A stretch of 64,000 bases of DNA from Candidatus Eiseniibacteriota bacterium (GCA_963762255.1 CAVXKA010000003.1:64001-128000); one strand, 5' to 3'. Numbered from the stretch's first letter, positions 1-13,620 are shown. The notes: generated from the sequence alone by a model not told the origin. A program made the numbers and translations.

Positions 1-2062
1 CGCGGCCAGTACCTCGTCCGAGATCCGGCGCAACTCGTCGATCTGGTCTCCCTTGACGTAGATCTGGAGCGGACGTTGCTCCCCTCCGAAGCCTCCGGCG
101 GGAAGAACCGCCACCGTCACCCCGGCGAGGCCTTCCATGTCCCGCCGGAGCACACGCTGCAGCTCCTGCTGAGAGAGATCGCGATCCCCCTTGGGCACGA
201 GCTTCACGTAGACGTTCGCCTCGTTCACCTGCGCGGTCCAACCCCCACCGATGGTCTCGTAGGTATAGGCGACCTCGGTGCGGCGGCGCACGACGGCGGA
301 GACCTCCCGCAAGCGGTCACGCGTGTAATCGAGTGTGGAGCCCACCGGGGCCTTCACCAGCACCGCGAGTTGCTCGTCGTCGGAATCGGGCATGAACGTG
401 CCGCCCACGAACGGGAACAGCGCGAGACCGGCCACGAACGCCGCCACCGCGATGGCCACGGTGAGGCCTCGGTGGGAGAGCGCCCATCCGACCACTCCGC
501 GGTACCACTTCCCCAATCCCACGAAGCTGTCGTTGAACTTCACCAGCGCGCGCCCGATCGGCCCGCGCGCGGTGTGTCCGGCCGCGACCGGGTCGTACCA
601 CACCGAGGAGAGCATCGGGTCGAGGGTGAAGGAGACGAAGAGGCTCACCGCCACCGCGGCGGCCACCGTCACTCCGAACTCGCGGAAGAACTTCCCCACG
701 ATGCCGCCCATGAACGCCACCGGGACGAACACGCAGAGCGTGGCGGCGGTGGTGGCGAGCACGGCGAGGCCGATCTCGTTGGTGCCGAGGCGGGCCGCCG
801 TGTGGTGATCCTCCCCCATGCGCCACGTGCCGCACGATGTTTTCGCGCACCACGATCGCGTCGTCGATGAGGATGCCGATGGCCAGCGAGAGCGCCATCA
901 GGGTCATGGTGTTGAGCGTGTAACCAAAGGCGTAGATGGCCAGGAACGCCGAGATCACCGCCACCGGCAGGGTGAGCCCGGTGATGACGGTGGAGCGCCA
1001 CGAGTTGAGGAAGGTGAACACCACGATCACGGTGAGAAGCGCCCCGAGCAGGATCGTGATCTTCACGTCTTCGACCGAGTCCCTGATCCACACCGAGTCG
1101 TCGCGCACGATCGAGAGTTCGATACCGGGCGGCAGCTCGCGGCGGAACTCCTCTACCGTGGCCTTCAGGTTCTCCGCGATCTGGACCGTGTTTCCACCCC
1201 GCACCTTGCGGATGTCGATGCCGATGGCCGGCACCCCGTCCACCATCGCCGCCGAGCGCGGATCCTCGGCGTCGTCCCGGGTGACCGCGACGTCACCCAG
1301 CCGGATGGGCACCCCGCCGCGCATGTCCACCACGAGGCGGTCGAATTCCGCCGGGTCCTGCAACCGGCCCGCCACCCGCACCAGCCGCTCGCCGGGTCCG
1401 AACTCGAGCCGACCCGCCGGAACCTCGCGATTCTCCGAGGCCAGCGTGGCCATGATCTGCGCCACCGTCACCGACCGGGCCGCCATGCGCTCGGGGTCCA
1501 TCTCCACCGCGATCACGCGCTTCTCCGCGCCGATGACCGTGATCTGGCCCACGCCGTCCACGCCCTCGATCCGTTTCTTCAGGGTCTCCTCGGCGAGGCT
1601 CGTCAGCTCGCGCAAGCTGCGCGTGTCCGAGCGCAGGGCGAGGGAGATGATCGGGAGATCGGCGAGGCTGAACCTCAGAACCTTTGGCTCCTCGGCCTGC
1701 TCGGGCAGAAGTTCGCGAATTTCCTCGATCTTGGATCGCACGTCCTGCTGCGCGTCGAGGTCCTTCACGTTGAGCTCGAACTCGATGAAGATCGAGGAGA
1801 GGCCTTCCTGCGACGTCGAGGTGAGTTGCCGCACCCCCGCGATCGGGTTCACCGCCTCTTCGATGGGCCGTGTGAGTTCCCGCTCCACCGCTTCCGGCGA
1901 AGCGCCCGGATAGATCGTCTGCACCACGATGAACGGGAAGGTGACGTTCGGCCATTGATCGATGGCCAGGCGCCGGTAGGAGAAGAGTCCCAGGGTGAGG
2001 AGCGCACCCATCATCATGGTGGCGAAGACCGGCCGCTTGATCGAGAGCTCGGAGAGGAACAT
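1..2062 (-). CDS. RND efflux permease (AcrB/AcrD/AcrF family), runs off the window edge, one apparent frameshift near 820
   Basis: [15 protein letters not shown]-terminus and [19 protein letters not shown]4 motif. Removing one base near 820 restores [20 protein letters not shown] and the frame continues to base 1. Confidence 0.93.
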
Positions 2063-2071
2063 CGTCTGCCC

Positions 2072-3251
2072 CTACTGCCCCGACGCCGGGTTCGGGGTGG
2101 CGGCCAGAACCTGGACTGCCACGCCGTCGCGAATGCCCGGCAGCACCCCGGTGAGGAGCGAGTCGCCTGCCGCCACCTCCGCCATGAGTTCCACCAGTCC
2201 CCTCTCTTCATCCCGGAGACCGATGCGCACGGGCAAGCGCTGGGCCTTACCGTTGCGGACACGGTAGACGACGTCCTCGGCGCCCTCCCGCCGCAGCGCG
2301 GCGACCGGCGCCGCCAGCGCGCTGTCGCGTGCCGCGTCGATCACGCGGCCGCTGGCGAACATCCCGCCCACCAGCCGACCGTCCGGGTTCGGGATCCGCG
2401 CGTACACCCTCACCTGCCGCGTGCCCGGCTCCGTCGTGGGGTTCACGCGGTCCAGACAGCGCCTCGAAGCTCTCGTTCGGGAACGCGTCGATGCGGAAGC
2501 GCATGATCGCGCCGACCCGAACCCGACCCAGGGCCTCCGACGGCACCGTCCCCGAAAGCTCCAAGGTATCCGTGTCCACCACGGTGAGCAAGGGATCGCC
2601 GATGGCGGTGCGACTCCCCTCATGGACGAAGATCTCGCTGACGGCGCCGGAGAACGGGGACGGCACGCGAAGCCGATCGGCGTTCTCTCGCGTGTGACTT
2701 TGAACCGCCTCCGCCGCTTGCACGCGCGCTTCGGCGGCCGAACGCATCGCGGTGGCCGTTTCCAGATCGCTCGGCGAGGCCGCGCCCGCATCCAGGAGTC
2801 GCGCCGCCCGCCGCTCCGCGTTCTGCGCGGCGAGGAGCTGCGCCTGCGCGGCAAGGAGATCCGCGTCCGCGGCCTGGTTCACATCCCGGATGTCCCGCGC
2901 CTCGTACTGTGCGAGCGCCTGGCCGCGCCGGACGGACTCCCCTTCGCGCACGAACACCTTGCGGATGTCGCCGTCGAAGCGCGCGATCACCTGCGTCGTT
3001 TCCTGGGGGCGCAGATCGCCGGTGAACAGCACCCCCGACTCCAGCCGCTGCGCTTCCACCCGCGCGATGTCCCCCGCGCTGACCAAGAGCGCCGCCGGGG
3101 CCACGCTCTCCGCAGATGAACCCCCCTTCGAGCAGCCCGCGACCATCGCCAGAATTACCAGCATGGCCGCGGTGTGCAGCGCGCGCGTCGCGGCGGAGAC
3201 AGGCCTCCGCAGGGTCGGCATCGCTCGATCGGGGGAGTAGACGTGCGTCAT
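2072..3251 (-). CDS. RND efflux periplasmic adaptor (MFP) lipoprotein, apparent frameshift near 2458
   Basis: VAGC lipobox, VREGESVRRGQAL lipoyl-type motif and SPFSGAV. The C-terminal half (LDRVNP...GMFASG) lies in the 2072..2854 frame. Confidence 0.9.
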
Positions 3252-4728
3252 GGTCCGGTCTCCTGCGGCGCGGTCGCCGTGAACAGCGGCCGCCCCGTGT
3301 AGCGCTCGATCAGGGCCAGCGCGAGGAAGTAATCGCGGCGCGCCTCGGCTTCGTTGTTGAGCGCGATCTGCCAGGCGATGCGCGCGTCATTCACCTCGAG
3401 CTGGCTCGCCGCCCCCTCTTCGTAGCGCAGGTTGGCGAGGTACAGGGTGCGCTCGGCCAGCTCCACCGTGCGCGTGCGCGCGCGGAGGTCGGCGGCGGAG
3501 CGCTCCATCTCCAGCCGGCCCTGCAGCACGGCTTCCCCGACCAGTTCGCGTAGGCCGGCAAGATCGTGGCGCGCTCGATCCCGGTTCGCCTTGGCCTCGC
3601 GGATCGCGCCCTTCGTGAGAAAACCGTCGAAGATGCTCCAGCTCACCATGACGCCGACGTTCTTGTCGCGGATCCAGTCCCGCCGCGCCGGAAACACATC
3701 TTCCGGGAACGCCTGCTGCGACACTCCGCCGAAGAGGGAGAATTCCGGGTAGAGGGCCGCTGCCGCCACCGGGACCGCATGCTCGCGGGCCTTGAGCGCT
3801 TCCTCCGCCGCGATGACGCCGGCGTGATGCATCGCTTCCTCGGCGATCCCGACCGTATCGACCCGAGCGGGGTCGTCCGGCACAGCCCGATCCTCCAGCA
3901 GGGGCGAGGTCAGCGCGAGGGGTCCCTGCCCGAAGTTGCACACCCGTCGCAACTCCAGGTACGCAAGCTGTCGCGCCTCGTGCACGGCCTTCACCTGCGG
4001 AATCTGGTTATCGCGCGCGACCTCCGCCTGCAAGAGCTCGTACTCGGAGGCATCGCCGGCCTCCTGGCGCAGCCGCACCCGCGTCAGGTGCGTCTCGGCC
4101 TGGTCGAGCCCAAGGCGCACGATGCGCTCCCGACGGTCCGCGAGGAGCGCGTCGAGGTACGTCTGGCGCACGATCAGCGTCACGTCCTCGGTGCGGTCCT
4201 CCCGCAGGAGATCCGCCGACTTGAGCGCGTGTTTCGCCGCGGCGATGGCCCCCCAGATCGAGCCTCCCTGAAAGATCTTCTGCTTCACGGTGAGGCCCAC
4301 CACCCAACTGTTCTTGCTGGCGAATGAGCTCTGGCTGAAGAGTTGGGAGAGGGCATAGAAGCCCGAGCCGGGAAGGGCATCCTCCAGGGCGCGCACTCGA
4401 TCCTCGATCGACGAGGTGGTGTCGGGCTCGAAGGACGGCCCGCCCGAATCCTGCTGCCCGAAGACGCTCTCGATCTGGCGCGTATAGGTGGCGTTGAGCG
4501 AGATCTGCGGAAGCGCGGTCGAGCGCACTTGCAAGTAGCGCGCGCTGGCCACGCTGCGGTCGACCTCGGCGAGGCGGATCTCCTCGCCGTGCGCGAGCGC
4601 GTGCGCCACGCATGCGTCGAGGGAGACTCGCAGCGTATCCGGGGATGGCGCGGGTTCCGCGGCCAGGCCCGCCGATGCGCACACCGAGAGCGCGAGGAAC
4701 GCGCACGCCCATCGGGGCGCACGCCCAT
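3248..4728 (-). CDS. TolC-family outer membrane efflux protein; start uncertain
   Basis: Two OEP repeats (LPQISL, RQEAGDAS / LYPEFSL, RYEEGAAS). The hydrophobic signal WACAFLALSVC extends upstream of the ORF-track start. ATG at 4728 with SD GGAGAGG needs one extra base in the 4714-4717 homopolymer to be in frame. Confidence 0.9.
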
Positions 4729-4910
4729 ACCGCGGCGCCTCTCCGCTCGGCGTCCGACTGAGAACGGCGAATCAATAGAAGTTCTGGCACCACCCATCCC
4801 CTCCCGCTCGATGGATCGCGGCCCCCGGAGTCCGCCGGGGGCCCGAACCCCGGCCTGACCCTCGGGTCTCAAGAGGGGTCGGGCGCGTCGTCGGGTAAGA
4901 AAACGCGGAG

Positions 4911-4939
4911 AGCCTAGGGGGATAGAGGAGGACTGTCAA
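4911..4939 (-). promoter_or_regulatory. sigma70-type promoter for the tolC-MFP-RND operon
   Basis: TTGACA-17 nt-TAGGCT on the minus strand. Confidence 0.65.
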
Positions 4940-4986
4940 GAAAGCAGCTTGGAAATCGAGCGCTCACGAAAGCGAACGCCGTCATG

Positions 4987-5027
4987 AAAGAAGGAAGGGC
5001 CCCCTGCCGAAGCAAGAGGCCCTCCTT
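4987..5027 (-). terminator. Intrinsic terminator after sod
   Basis: AAGGAGGGCCTCTTGC-TTCG-GCAGGGGGCCCTTCCTT followed by CTTT. Confidence 0.65.
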
Positions 5028-5043
5028 GGCGACCGCGCTGCGC

Positions 5044-5652
5044 CTACCCCTTCAGGGTCTTCGCATCCTTGAGTCGGCGATTCACGTCATCCCAGTTCAC
5101 GAGGTTCCAGAAGGCGCTCACCCACTCCGCCTTGCGGTTCTCGTACTGCAGGTAGAACGCGTGCTCCCAGACGTCGCACACGAGAACCGGCACGGCCCCC
5201 TGCGCGTGCTCGGCCTGGTGATCGTAGACCTGCTGCACCAGGAGCTTCCCCGCCAGCGGTTCCCAGGAGAGCACTCCCCATCCGGATCCCTGCACGCCCA
5301 GCGTGGCGGCGTTGAACTGCTTCTGGAACGCGCCGAACGCGCCGAAATCGGTCTCGATCTGTCCCTTCAGCTCACCGGTCGGCTCGCCGCCCCCCTTCGG
5401 CTTCATGTTGGTCCAGAACATCGAGTGGAGCTTGTGACCGGAGACGTGGAAAGCGAGGCTCTTCTCGAGCTGGTTGATGGCGCCGAAGTCGTCTTTCTGG
5501 CGCGCCTCGTGCAGCTTCTCCAGGGTCTGGTTGGCGCCGGCCACGTACGCGGCATGATGCTTGTCGTGATGAAGCTGGAGGATCTTGGCGATCAAATGAG
5601 GCTCGAGAGCGTTGTAGTCATAGGGAAGATCGGGCAGGGTGTACACGGGCAT
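5044..5652 (-). CDS. sodA: Fe/Mn superoxide dismutase
   Basis: LPYDYNALEPH, LHHDKHH and DVWEHAFYLQY motifs; AAGGAG SD. Metal preference not determined. Confidence 0.96.
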   Translation of the reverse strand: MPVYTLPDLPYDYNALEPHLIAKILQLHHDKHHAAYVAGANQTLEKLHEARQKDDFGAINQLEKSLAFHVSGHKLHSMFWTNMKPKGGGEPTGELKGQIETDFGAFGAFQKQFNAATLGVQGSGWGVLSWEPLAGKLLVQQVYDHQAEHAQGAVPVLVCDVWEHAFYLQYENRKAEWVSAFWNLVNWDDVNRRLKDAKTLKG

Positions 5653-5702
5653 GATTCAACTCCTTCTTCGATAATCGGACAATTGCGGACGATGACGAAA
5701 CG

Positions 5703-5732
5703 ATTATCCCGTCGGCTCACGTGCATTGTCAA
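5703..5732 (-). promoter_or_regulatory. sigma70-type promoter for sod, overlapping the upstream gene's stop codon
   Basis: TTGACA-18 nt-GATAAT. Confidence 0.55.
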
Positions 5733-6253
5733 CGCGCCACGAGAGTCCCGAGTCCCTCCGAACCGAACCGCGTCGTGTCCCACTCCGCGCTCACCAGGCT
5801 GTCGCGCGAAGCGACGAACGCGAATTTCGTCTGTTTTGACGGATCGCGCGGCGGACCGATCACGATTCTCACCAGCGCGCCGTCCCGACTCCAGCGGCCG
5901 CTCTCCACGCGCTGCCCCTTGCCCACGAACTCCGTCTTGAAGACGCATGTGCTGTCGGGGCGCAGATCCAGGCTGATCCGCCGCAGGGACGCGTCCGCGG
6001 CCGGGAGTTCGACCACGTACTTCCCCGTCGGCAAAGCCGCGGGGAGGGACTCCGCCGAGGGCGGCGCAACGGCGATGTGCGCGGAGGGCGCCGAAATCAC
6101 CGAGTCCTCGGAGACCGCCCGCTGACGATCCGCCGCCTGTTGATCAGCAGCTTGTTGATCCCCGGCCGGACGATCCGCCGCCTTCGGCGCCTCCTGGCAA
6201 CCGGCAAGAAGAAGCGTCAACGTCAGAGCGCCCGAAGCGATGCCGTGAACCAT
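5729..6253 (-). CDS. Lipoprotein with an NlpE-N-like beta-barrel domain
   Basis: LLAGC lipobox. GKYVVELPAAD...LDLRPDST...ESGRW resembles the NlpE N-domain pattern G.Y.G.LP.AD...L.L..DG...G.W. Confidence 0.65.
   Translation of the reverse strand: MVHGIASGALTLTLLLAGCQEAPKAADRPAGDQQAADQQAADRQRAVSEDSVISAPSAHIAVAPPSAESLPAALPTGKYVVELPAADASLRRISLDLRPDSTCVFKTEFVGKGQRVESGRWSRDGALVRIVIGPPRDPSKQTKFAFVASRDSLVSAEWDTTRFGSEGLGTLVAR
6127..6185. repeat. Degenerate 15-bp tandem repeat (4 units) encoding AADRP/AGDQQ/AADQQ/AADRQ
   Basis: GATC recurs at 6127, 6142, 6157 and 6172. Confidence 0.7.
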
Positions 6254-6299
6254 TCTCAGTCGACCTCCTCGCCAGACCGCGGCCTGAGATTCCGATCCC

Positions 6300-7517
6300 C
6301 TATAGCTTCACGAGCTCGACGCGTCGATTGTTCGCCTTGCCCTCGGGAGTGTCGTTGGTGTCGATCGGCTGACCTTCGCCCCACCCCTTGCTCTCGAGGC
6401 GGGAGGCATCGACCTTGTAGGTGTCCACCAGGTAGGTCCGCGCCGCCGCGGCCCGCTTCTCGGAGAGGGTCTGGTTGGCCGCGTCGGCGCCGTCGCTGTC
6501 GGTGTGGCCTTCAATGGATAGGCGCAGCGTGGGATTGTCGGTGAGCATCGCGCCGATGTCGGCGAGGGTCTTGTACGACTCCGCCTTGATCTTGTCCGAA
6601 CCGGAATCGAAGAGGATGCCGTGGGTGACGATGCGCCCCGCCTCGTCGAGCTGCTCCTTGAGCGTCTTGCCGCCCTCGGCGTAGCGGAATGTTCCGAGCA
6701 GCATCGGATTCTCCGCGTTGTGGTGTCCGGGCCACACCAGCACACGGAGGGCGACCGGCTTGAAGTCGTCCACGGCGGGTATGTTGCCGACGCGCTCATT
6801 GTCGATGTAGCACTTCATCGTGGTCTTCGTGGCCATGACGCGCATCGTGTGGGGCGACGAGGCAGATACCGCAACATCCTTGTTGGCCAGCTCCTTTCCC
6901 AGGATCCTCACACCCGTACCGTCATTGTTTCCAATGAAGAACTCGCCGATCACACCACCATCGGCATCGAGCCACTGGATGCAATAACGGTGCCCCCAGG
7001 CCTCCACCTTCTTGGGCAGGAAGTCCCACTCGACGGTGTACTTGGGCGGCAGCGGCGCCGGTGCGATCTTGGGACGGATGTATCCCTGATCGCTGCACAT
7101 GATCCACTTTCTGTCGCCCATCTTCGTGATCTCGAAGACGCCTTGGTCCAGGTTCCAGCGCGAGGGAAACTCCCCCATCTCCTCGCCCGAGAGGTCGTCG
7201 TAGAAGATCACCTTGTCCCCGGGGATGAAGTCGTACTTCGTATAGAGGGTCATGCTCTCCGAGGTCGCGGTTCCCCCCTTGGCCCCCTCCGCCGGCTTGG
7301 CGCCCTCTTCTTCCGCCTCCGCGCCCTCTCCTTCGGCCGGAGCGGGTTCCTTCTTCGATCCGTCGAGCGCCTCGTCGACCTTCTTGTCGACCTTTTCCTC
7401 GGCCTTCTTCTTGGCCTTGTCCTTGAGCTTCCCGAACTGGGCCTCGGCCGGGCTCAGGGCGGCAAGGACGGCAACCGACATCATCGCTAGGACCAGCAGG
7501 CTCAGGAATCTGCGCAT
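6300..7517 (-). CDS. OmpA-family peptidoglycan-binding protein with an extra N-terminal domain
   Basis: Signal peptide, Lys-rich segment, [14 protein letters not shown] domain, C-terminal IEGHTD...NQTLSEKRA...NRRVE; SD GGAGGAG. Confidence 0.9.
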   Translation of the reverse strand: MRRFLSLLVLAMMSVAVLAALSPAEAQFGKLKDKAKKKAEEKVDKKVDEALDGSKKEPAPAEGEGAEAEEEGAKPAEGAKGGTATSESMTLYTKYDFIPGDKVIFYDDLSGEEMGEFPSRWNLDQGVFEITKMGDRKWIMCSDQGYIRPKIAPAPLPPKYTVEWDFLPKKVEAWGHRYCIQWLDADGGVIGEFFIGNNDGTGVRILGKELANKDVAVSASSPHTMRVMATKTTMKCYIDNERVGNIPAVDDFKPVALRVLVWPGHHNAENPMLLGTFRYAEGGKTLKEQLDEAGRIVTHGILFDSGSDKIKAESYKTLADIGAMLTDNPTLRLSIEGHTDSDGADAANQTLSEKRAAAARTYLVDTYKVDASRLESKGWGEGQPIDTNDTPEGKANNRRVELVKL

Positions 7518-7581
7518 CACATTCTCCTCCAGGATCCGTTTCGTTTTGCTTCCCACGGGCTCCGGGTATCCGTCGCGAATC

Positions 7582-9387
<1,806 letters not shown>

Positions 9388-9444
9388 ACCCGTTCCTCCT
9401 TGCCGAGGCCTAGCCGCGAGTTCGCGGCCCAATGCCTGCGGCCG

Positions 9445-11142
9445 CTACCGCTCGCTCCCTTTCAACGTCTGCAGCTCTCTGAGCAACCGCTCCACCGTCT
9501 CGGCGTCGCCCCGTGCTTCCGCATCGCGGATCGCGTCGCGCAGCTCCGCGCCCCGCACGCGGCTCACCCGCTCCCGCAATCGCCTCACGACGGCATCGAT
9601 TTCGGCGCCTTCGTCGTCTTCGGCCAGCAGCTCCGCCACCAGGGGGCGCTGCGCCGCATCGTCCATCAGGCGGGCCAGGGCGCTCCCCGCATGCTCCGCG
9701 CGCAAGGCGCGCCAGCGGGCATACAGCTCCCGCACCTGCGTCTCACGGAGAGCCTCGTCCGGCAGCAGCTCTTCGTCCGCGACGTCACCCCCGCCGAGCG
9801 CCCATGCCGCGTACAGCCGCCCCAACCGATCGCGCTTCTCCGCCGTCCCGGCCGCTTTCGCGGGCACGCGCGCCGCTCCCGCGGCTTCACCGCGGAGCCG
9901 CCCCGCCTCCCGCACCAGCGTCGCCTCGTCGAACCGAAAACTCTCCGCCGCTTCCTGCAGCAGGATGCGCCTGCGGATCGGGTCGTCGATGCGCGCCCCC
10001 AGATACGCCAGCGCCTTGACCAGATCCTCGCGCTTCTCAAGCCGTCCCAGAAGCGTCTCGCGCGCGAAACTCACCACCCCCGGCGCCTCTGCGCGCAGCG
10101 CCTCCATGGCCTCGGTCCCGCGCTCCCGCACGAACGAATCGGGGTCGTGCCCGTCGGGGAGCGCGATGACCCGCACCTCGAGCCCCTGTCCCAGGAACAC
10201 GCCCGCGCTCTTCCACGCCGCGCGGATGCCCGCGAGATCGCCGTCGAAGAGAAGCACGACCTTGTCCACGTAACGGCGCAGCACGCGCGCCTGGTCCTCG
10301 GTGAACGCGGTGCCGCACGAGGCCACGACCTGCCGAAAACCCGCCTGCGCAAGGGTGAGGGCATCCATGTACCCCTCCACCACCAGCGCTTCAGCCGTGT
10401 CCTTGAGAGCCTCCTTGGCCTCGGCGAGGCCGTAGAGAACACGCCCCTTCGAGAAGACCTCGGTCTCCGGGCTGTTCAAGTATTTCGGCTCTTCATCCCC
10501 CAACGTGCGGGCCCCGAACCCTATCGTGCGGCCCAGCGCGGATCGAATGGGGATGATGACCCGACCCCGAAAGCGGTCGTAGTGACCCCCACGATCGTTG
10601 GGAATCACCAGCCCCGCCCTTTCGAGGAGCGAAAGAGAATACCGCTTTCCGGCCGCTTCCAACAGGTTTGACCAGCCCGTGGGCGCCCATCCGACCCCGA
10701 ATCGCTCCAAAACCCCCGATTCCAGCCCCCGGCTCGCCAGGTAGTCGCGGGCCGGGCCCCCGGTTCGCCCGGCCAGCTCGCGCCGGAAGAACTCCGCCGT
10801 CCACTCCAGCGGGGGGTAAACGCTCTCCTCCTCGGGTCCCGTCCACCCCTTTTGCGGGAGGGGGATACCCGCCCGGGTGGCCAGGTACTCCACCGCCTCG
10901 GGGAAGGACATCTTCTCGAACTCCATGAGGAACCGGAACACGTCTCCCCCCGCACCGCACCCGAAGCATTTGAAGATCTGCCGATCCGGGTTGACCGTGA
11001 ACGAGGGGGTCTTCTCCTGGTGGAAGGGACAGTTCGCCTTCCACGTCCGGCCCGCCCGCTTGAGCTGGACATGCTCGGAGACCACCGACACGATGTCGCT
11101 GCCCTCTCGCACGCGCTCGATGAGATCCGGCGGGTACTTCAT
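9445..11142 (-). CDS. dnaG: DNA primase
   Basis: CPFHQEKTPSF / CFGCG zinc finger, KYLNSPET, VEGYMD and FDGDLAG Toprim. Confidence 0.97.
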   Translation of the reverse strand: MKYPPDLIERVREGSDIVSVVSEHVQLKRAGRTWKANCPFHQEKTPSFTVNPDRQIFKCFGCGAGGDVFRFLMEFEKMSFPEAVEYLATRAGIPLPQKGWTGPEEESVYPPLEWTAEFFRRELAGRTGGPARDYLASRGLESGVLERFGVGWAPTGWSNLLEAAGKRYSLSLLERAGLVIPNDRGGHYDRFRGRVIIPIRSALGRTIGFGARTLGDEEPKYLNSPETEVFSKGRVLYGLAEAKEALKDTAEALVVEGYMDALTLAQAGFRQVVASCGTAFTEDQARVLRRYVDKVVLLFDGDLAGIRAAWKSAGVFLGQGLEVRVIALPDGHDPDSFVRERGTEAMEALRAEAPGVVSFARETLLGRLEKREDLVKALAYLGARIDDPIRRRILLQEAAESFRFDEATLVREAGRLRGEAAGAARVPAKAAGTAEKRDRLGRLYAAWALGGGDVADEELLPDEALRETQVRELYARWRALRAEHAGSALARLMDDAAQRPLVAELLAEDDEGAEIDAVVRRLRERVSRVRGAELRDAIRDAEARGDAETVERLLRELQTLKGSER

Positions 11143-11146
11143 ACTT

Positions 11147-13600
11147 CTAGCCTTCCAACTGAATCAGGGTGGCTCCGGTTCCACCATCCCACTGGTCGGC
11201 CATGCGGGCCGAGGCCACCCCCGTGTGCGCGCGACAGAATTCCTTTACCGCGTCGCGCAGGGCGCCCGTCCCCTTCCCGTGGATGACCCGCACTTCCTTG
11301 AGCCCGGCGAGCATGGCCTGGTCAAGGGCTCGATCCAGCTTCTCGATCGCCTCGTCCACCCGCATACCCCGAAGATCCACCTCCACGGGGGGACGCTCCA
11401 CCTCGGGGACGGTCACGCCCCCGCCCCGAACCGGCTTGGACTCAGTCGGGGCCGCGCTCTCGCCCACGATACGCAGCGATTCCAGGGGGAGTTCCACCTT
11501 GAGCCCCCCCTGCACGACCAGCACCCGTCCGGCGGCGTCCGGCGCCCGCGCGATCTCGACCTCACGCCCGAGGGCCTCCGCCCAGTAGCGCTCTCCCTCG
11601 CGCACGCGGTCGGGAACGCTCCCGTGCGCCGCGGCCGTCTTGCGCGGGGTTTCGAGACGGGCCAACTTGGCCTGCTCGCGCGCATGCTCGCGGGCAAGCT
11701 CGCGGCGCTCGGCGTCGGTGAGGCGGCCCTTGAGCCGAACCTGAGCCTCGGTGCGGCGCACCGACTCCTCCGCACGGCGCAGGATCTCCCGAGCTTGACG
11801 CGCGGCCCTGGCGCGCAACGTGCCGCGCTCCTCGAGGAGCCGCTCCAGTCCTTCCTTGCGCTCGCGCTCGAACCCCTGGGCGCTGTGCTGCGCGCGTTCT
11901 GCTTCCTCGCGAGCCGCCGCGAGCTTGCGGCGCTCCTCGGCGAGCTCGTCGAGGAGTCGGCTCACGTCGCGCTCCTCCTGCGGCAGGAGTGCCTCGGCGC
12001 GCGCCACGCGTTCTTCGGGGAAACCCAGCCGGCGCGCCATCTCCAGGGCGTGGCTCTTGCCCGGCACCCCGACGATGAGTCGGTAAGTGGGCCGGCGCGT
12101 GTCGGGGTCGAACACCATCGACGCGTTCTTCACCCCTTCCGCGGACGCCGCGAATCCCTTCAGCGATCCCAGGTGCGTGGTCACGAGTCCCATCGCGTGC
12201 TTCTCGAGCAGCCGCTCCAGCACGCTCTGCGCGAGCGCGGCGCCCTCGGCGGGGTCCGTTCCCGAACCCAACTCATCCAGCAGCACGAGCGTGCGGGGCC
12301 CCGCCTCGCGCAGCGCCTCGCCCCAGCGCTGGAGATGCGCGCCGAAGGTGCTGAGGTCGGCCGCGAGGCTCTGCTCGTCGCCGAGGCTCACCACCCAGCG
12401 ATCCACCCAGGGCAGCTCGCACTCGGGGTCGGCGGGGATGAGGCATCCCGACTGCGCCATCGCGCAGAGAAGTCCGACCGCCTTCAGCGCCACGGTCTTT
12501 CCGCCCATGTTGGGACCGGTCAAGAGGAGCACGCGCGTGCTCTCGTCGAGCGACACCTCAAGCGGCACCACCGCCGCGCGCGCTGCGGCGAGATCGCCCC
12601 CCGCCCGGCGCGCATCGAGCAGCAGCGGATGGCGCGCGCCCTTCAATCGCAGACGGCGATCCTCGGTCAGGGCCGGCCGCTCGCATCCCCAGCGCAGCGC
12701 GAGCAGCGCGCGCGCGCGCAGCGTGTCCAGCTCCGCGATGCGTTCCGCGTCGGCCTCCAGCGTCGCGCGCTCCAGGAAGAAACGCTTCGTGAGATCGGCG
12801 AGCAGGCGGCGGATCTCCGCGCGCTCCTCGGCATCCAGCTCGCGGAGCCCGTTGTTCGCCTCGACGATCTCCATCGGCTCGATGAAGAAGGTCTGCCCGG
12901 AGGCGGAGCGATCCTGCACGATCCCCGGGGTGCGGGCCTTGTGGGACTGCGGGACCGCCAGCACGTAGCGCCCCTCGCGCAGGGTGACCAGCGTGGCCGC
13001 ATCCTGCTCCACGATCTTCGCCGCGAGCCGCTCCATGCGGGCGCGCAGGTGCTCGCGGCGGCTCTCGCGATCGCGACGGATGCGGCGCAGGTCGGAACTC
13101 GCCGAGTCCTTGATCTCCCCGGAGGGATCGAAGGTCGCTTCCAGCGCGCGCTCGAGATGGGGAAAGGGAGTGAGGGGATCGCCGAGAGCGGCGAGATCGC
13201 GCCACGCCTCGCGCGCGGCGCCGAGCACGCTCTTGGACACGCGCACGGCGGCGAGCAAAGGAGCCAGAAGCTGAAATTCCTCCGCGGTGAGCACGCTCCC
13301 CTCGGCGCGCAGACGCGAGAAGGCCGCGCGCAGGTCGCCCACCTCGAACGGCGGAAGTCCTCTCCCCTCCTCGTGGCGCTGGCGCAGGGCGGCGACGAGA
13401 GAAAGCGTCTCCTCTGCATCGTCGAGATCCGCGAAGGGCGCAAGCGCGTCGAGGCGACGCCGCCCTTCATAGGAGGATGCGAGCCCGCTCAAGATCTCCC
13501 GCAGGCGGGGGAACTCGAGACGATCGAGCCCGTCTCCCGGCGCTTCGCCCCGTGGGGACGAGCGGCCGGGCTCAGTGGGGAGAGCGGTCTCCGGATGCAA
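11147..13600 (-). CDS. mutS2: Endonuclease MutS2
   Basis: TGPNMGGKT Walker A, LDELGSGTDP, C-terminal Smr domain (VDLRGMRVDEA...IHGKGTGAL). Confidence 0.95.
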   Translation of the reverse strand: MHPETALPTEPGRSSPRGEAPGDGLDRLEFPRLREILSGLASSYEGRRRLDALAPFADLDDAEETLSLVAALRQRHEEGRGLPPFEVGDLRAAFSRLRAEGSVLTAEEFQLLAPLLAAVRVSKSVLGAAREAWRDLAALGDPLTPFPHLERALEATFDPSGEIKDSASSDLRRIRRDRESRREHLRARMERLAAKIVEQDAATLVTLREGRYVLAVPQSHKARTPGIVQDRSASGQTFFIEPMEIVEANNGLRELDAEERAEIRRLLADLTKRFFLERATLEADAERIAELDTLRARALLALRWGCERPALTEDRRLRLKGARHPLLLDARRAGGDLAAARAAVVPLEVSLDESTRVLLLTGPNMGGKTVALKAVGLLCAMAQSGCLIPADPECELPWVDRWVVSLGDEQSLAADLSTFGAHLQRWGEALREAGPRTLVLLDELGSGTDPAEGAALAQSVLERLLEKHAMGLVTTHLGSLKGFAASAEGVKNASMVFDPDTRRPTYRLIVGVPGKSHALEMARRLGFPEERVARAEALLPQEERDVSRLLDELAEERRKLAAAREEAERAQHSAQGFERERKEGLERLLEERGTLRARAARQAREILRRAEESVRRTEAQVRLKGRLTDAERRELAREHAREQAKLARLETPRKTAAAHGSVPDRVREGERYWAEALGREVEIARAPDAAGRVLVVQGGLKVELPLESLRIVGESAAPTESKPVRGGGVTVPEVERPPVEVDLRGMRVDEAIEKLDRALDQAMLAGLKEVRVIHGKGTGALRDAVKEFCRAHTGVASARMADQWDGGTGATLIQLEG

Positions 13601-13620
13601 AATGATTGCTCCAGACCTGA

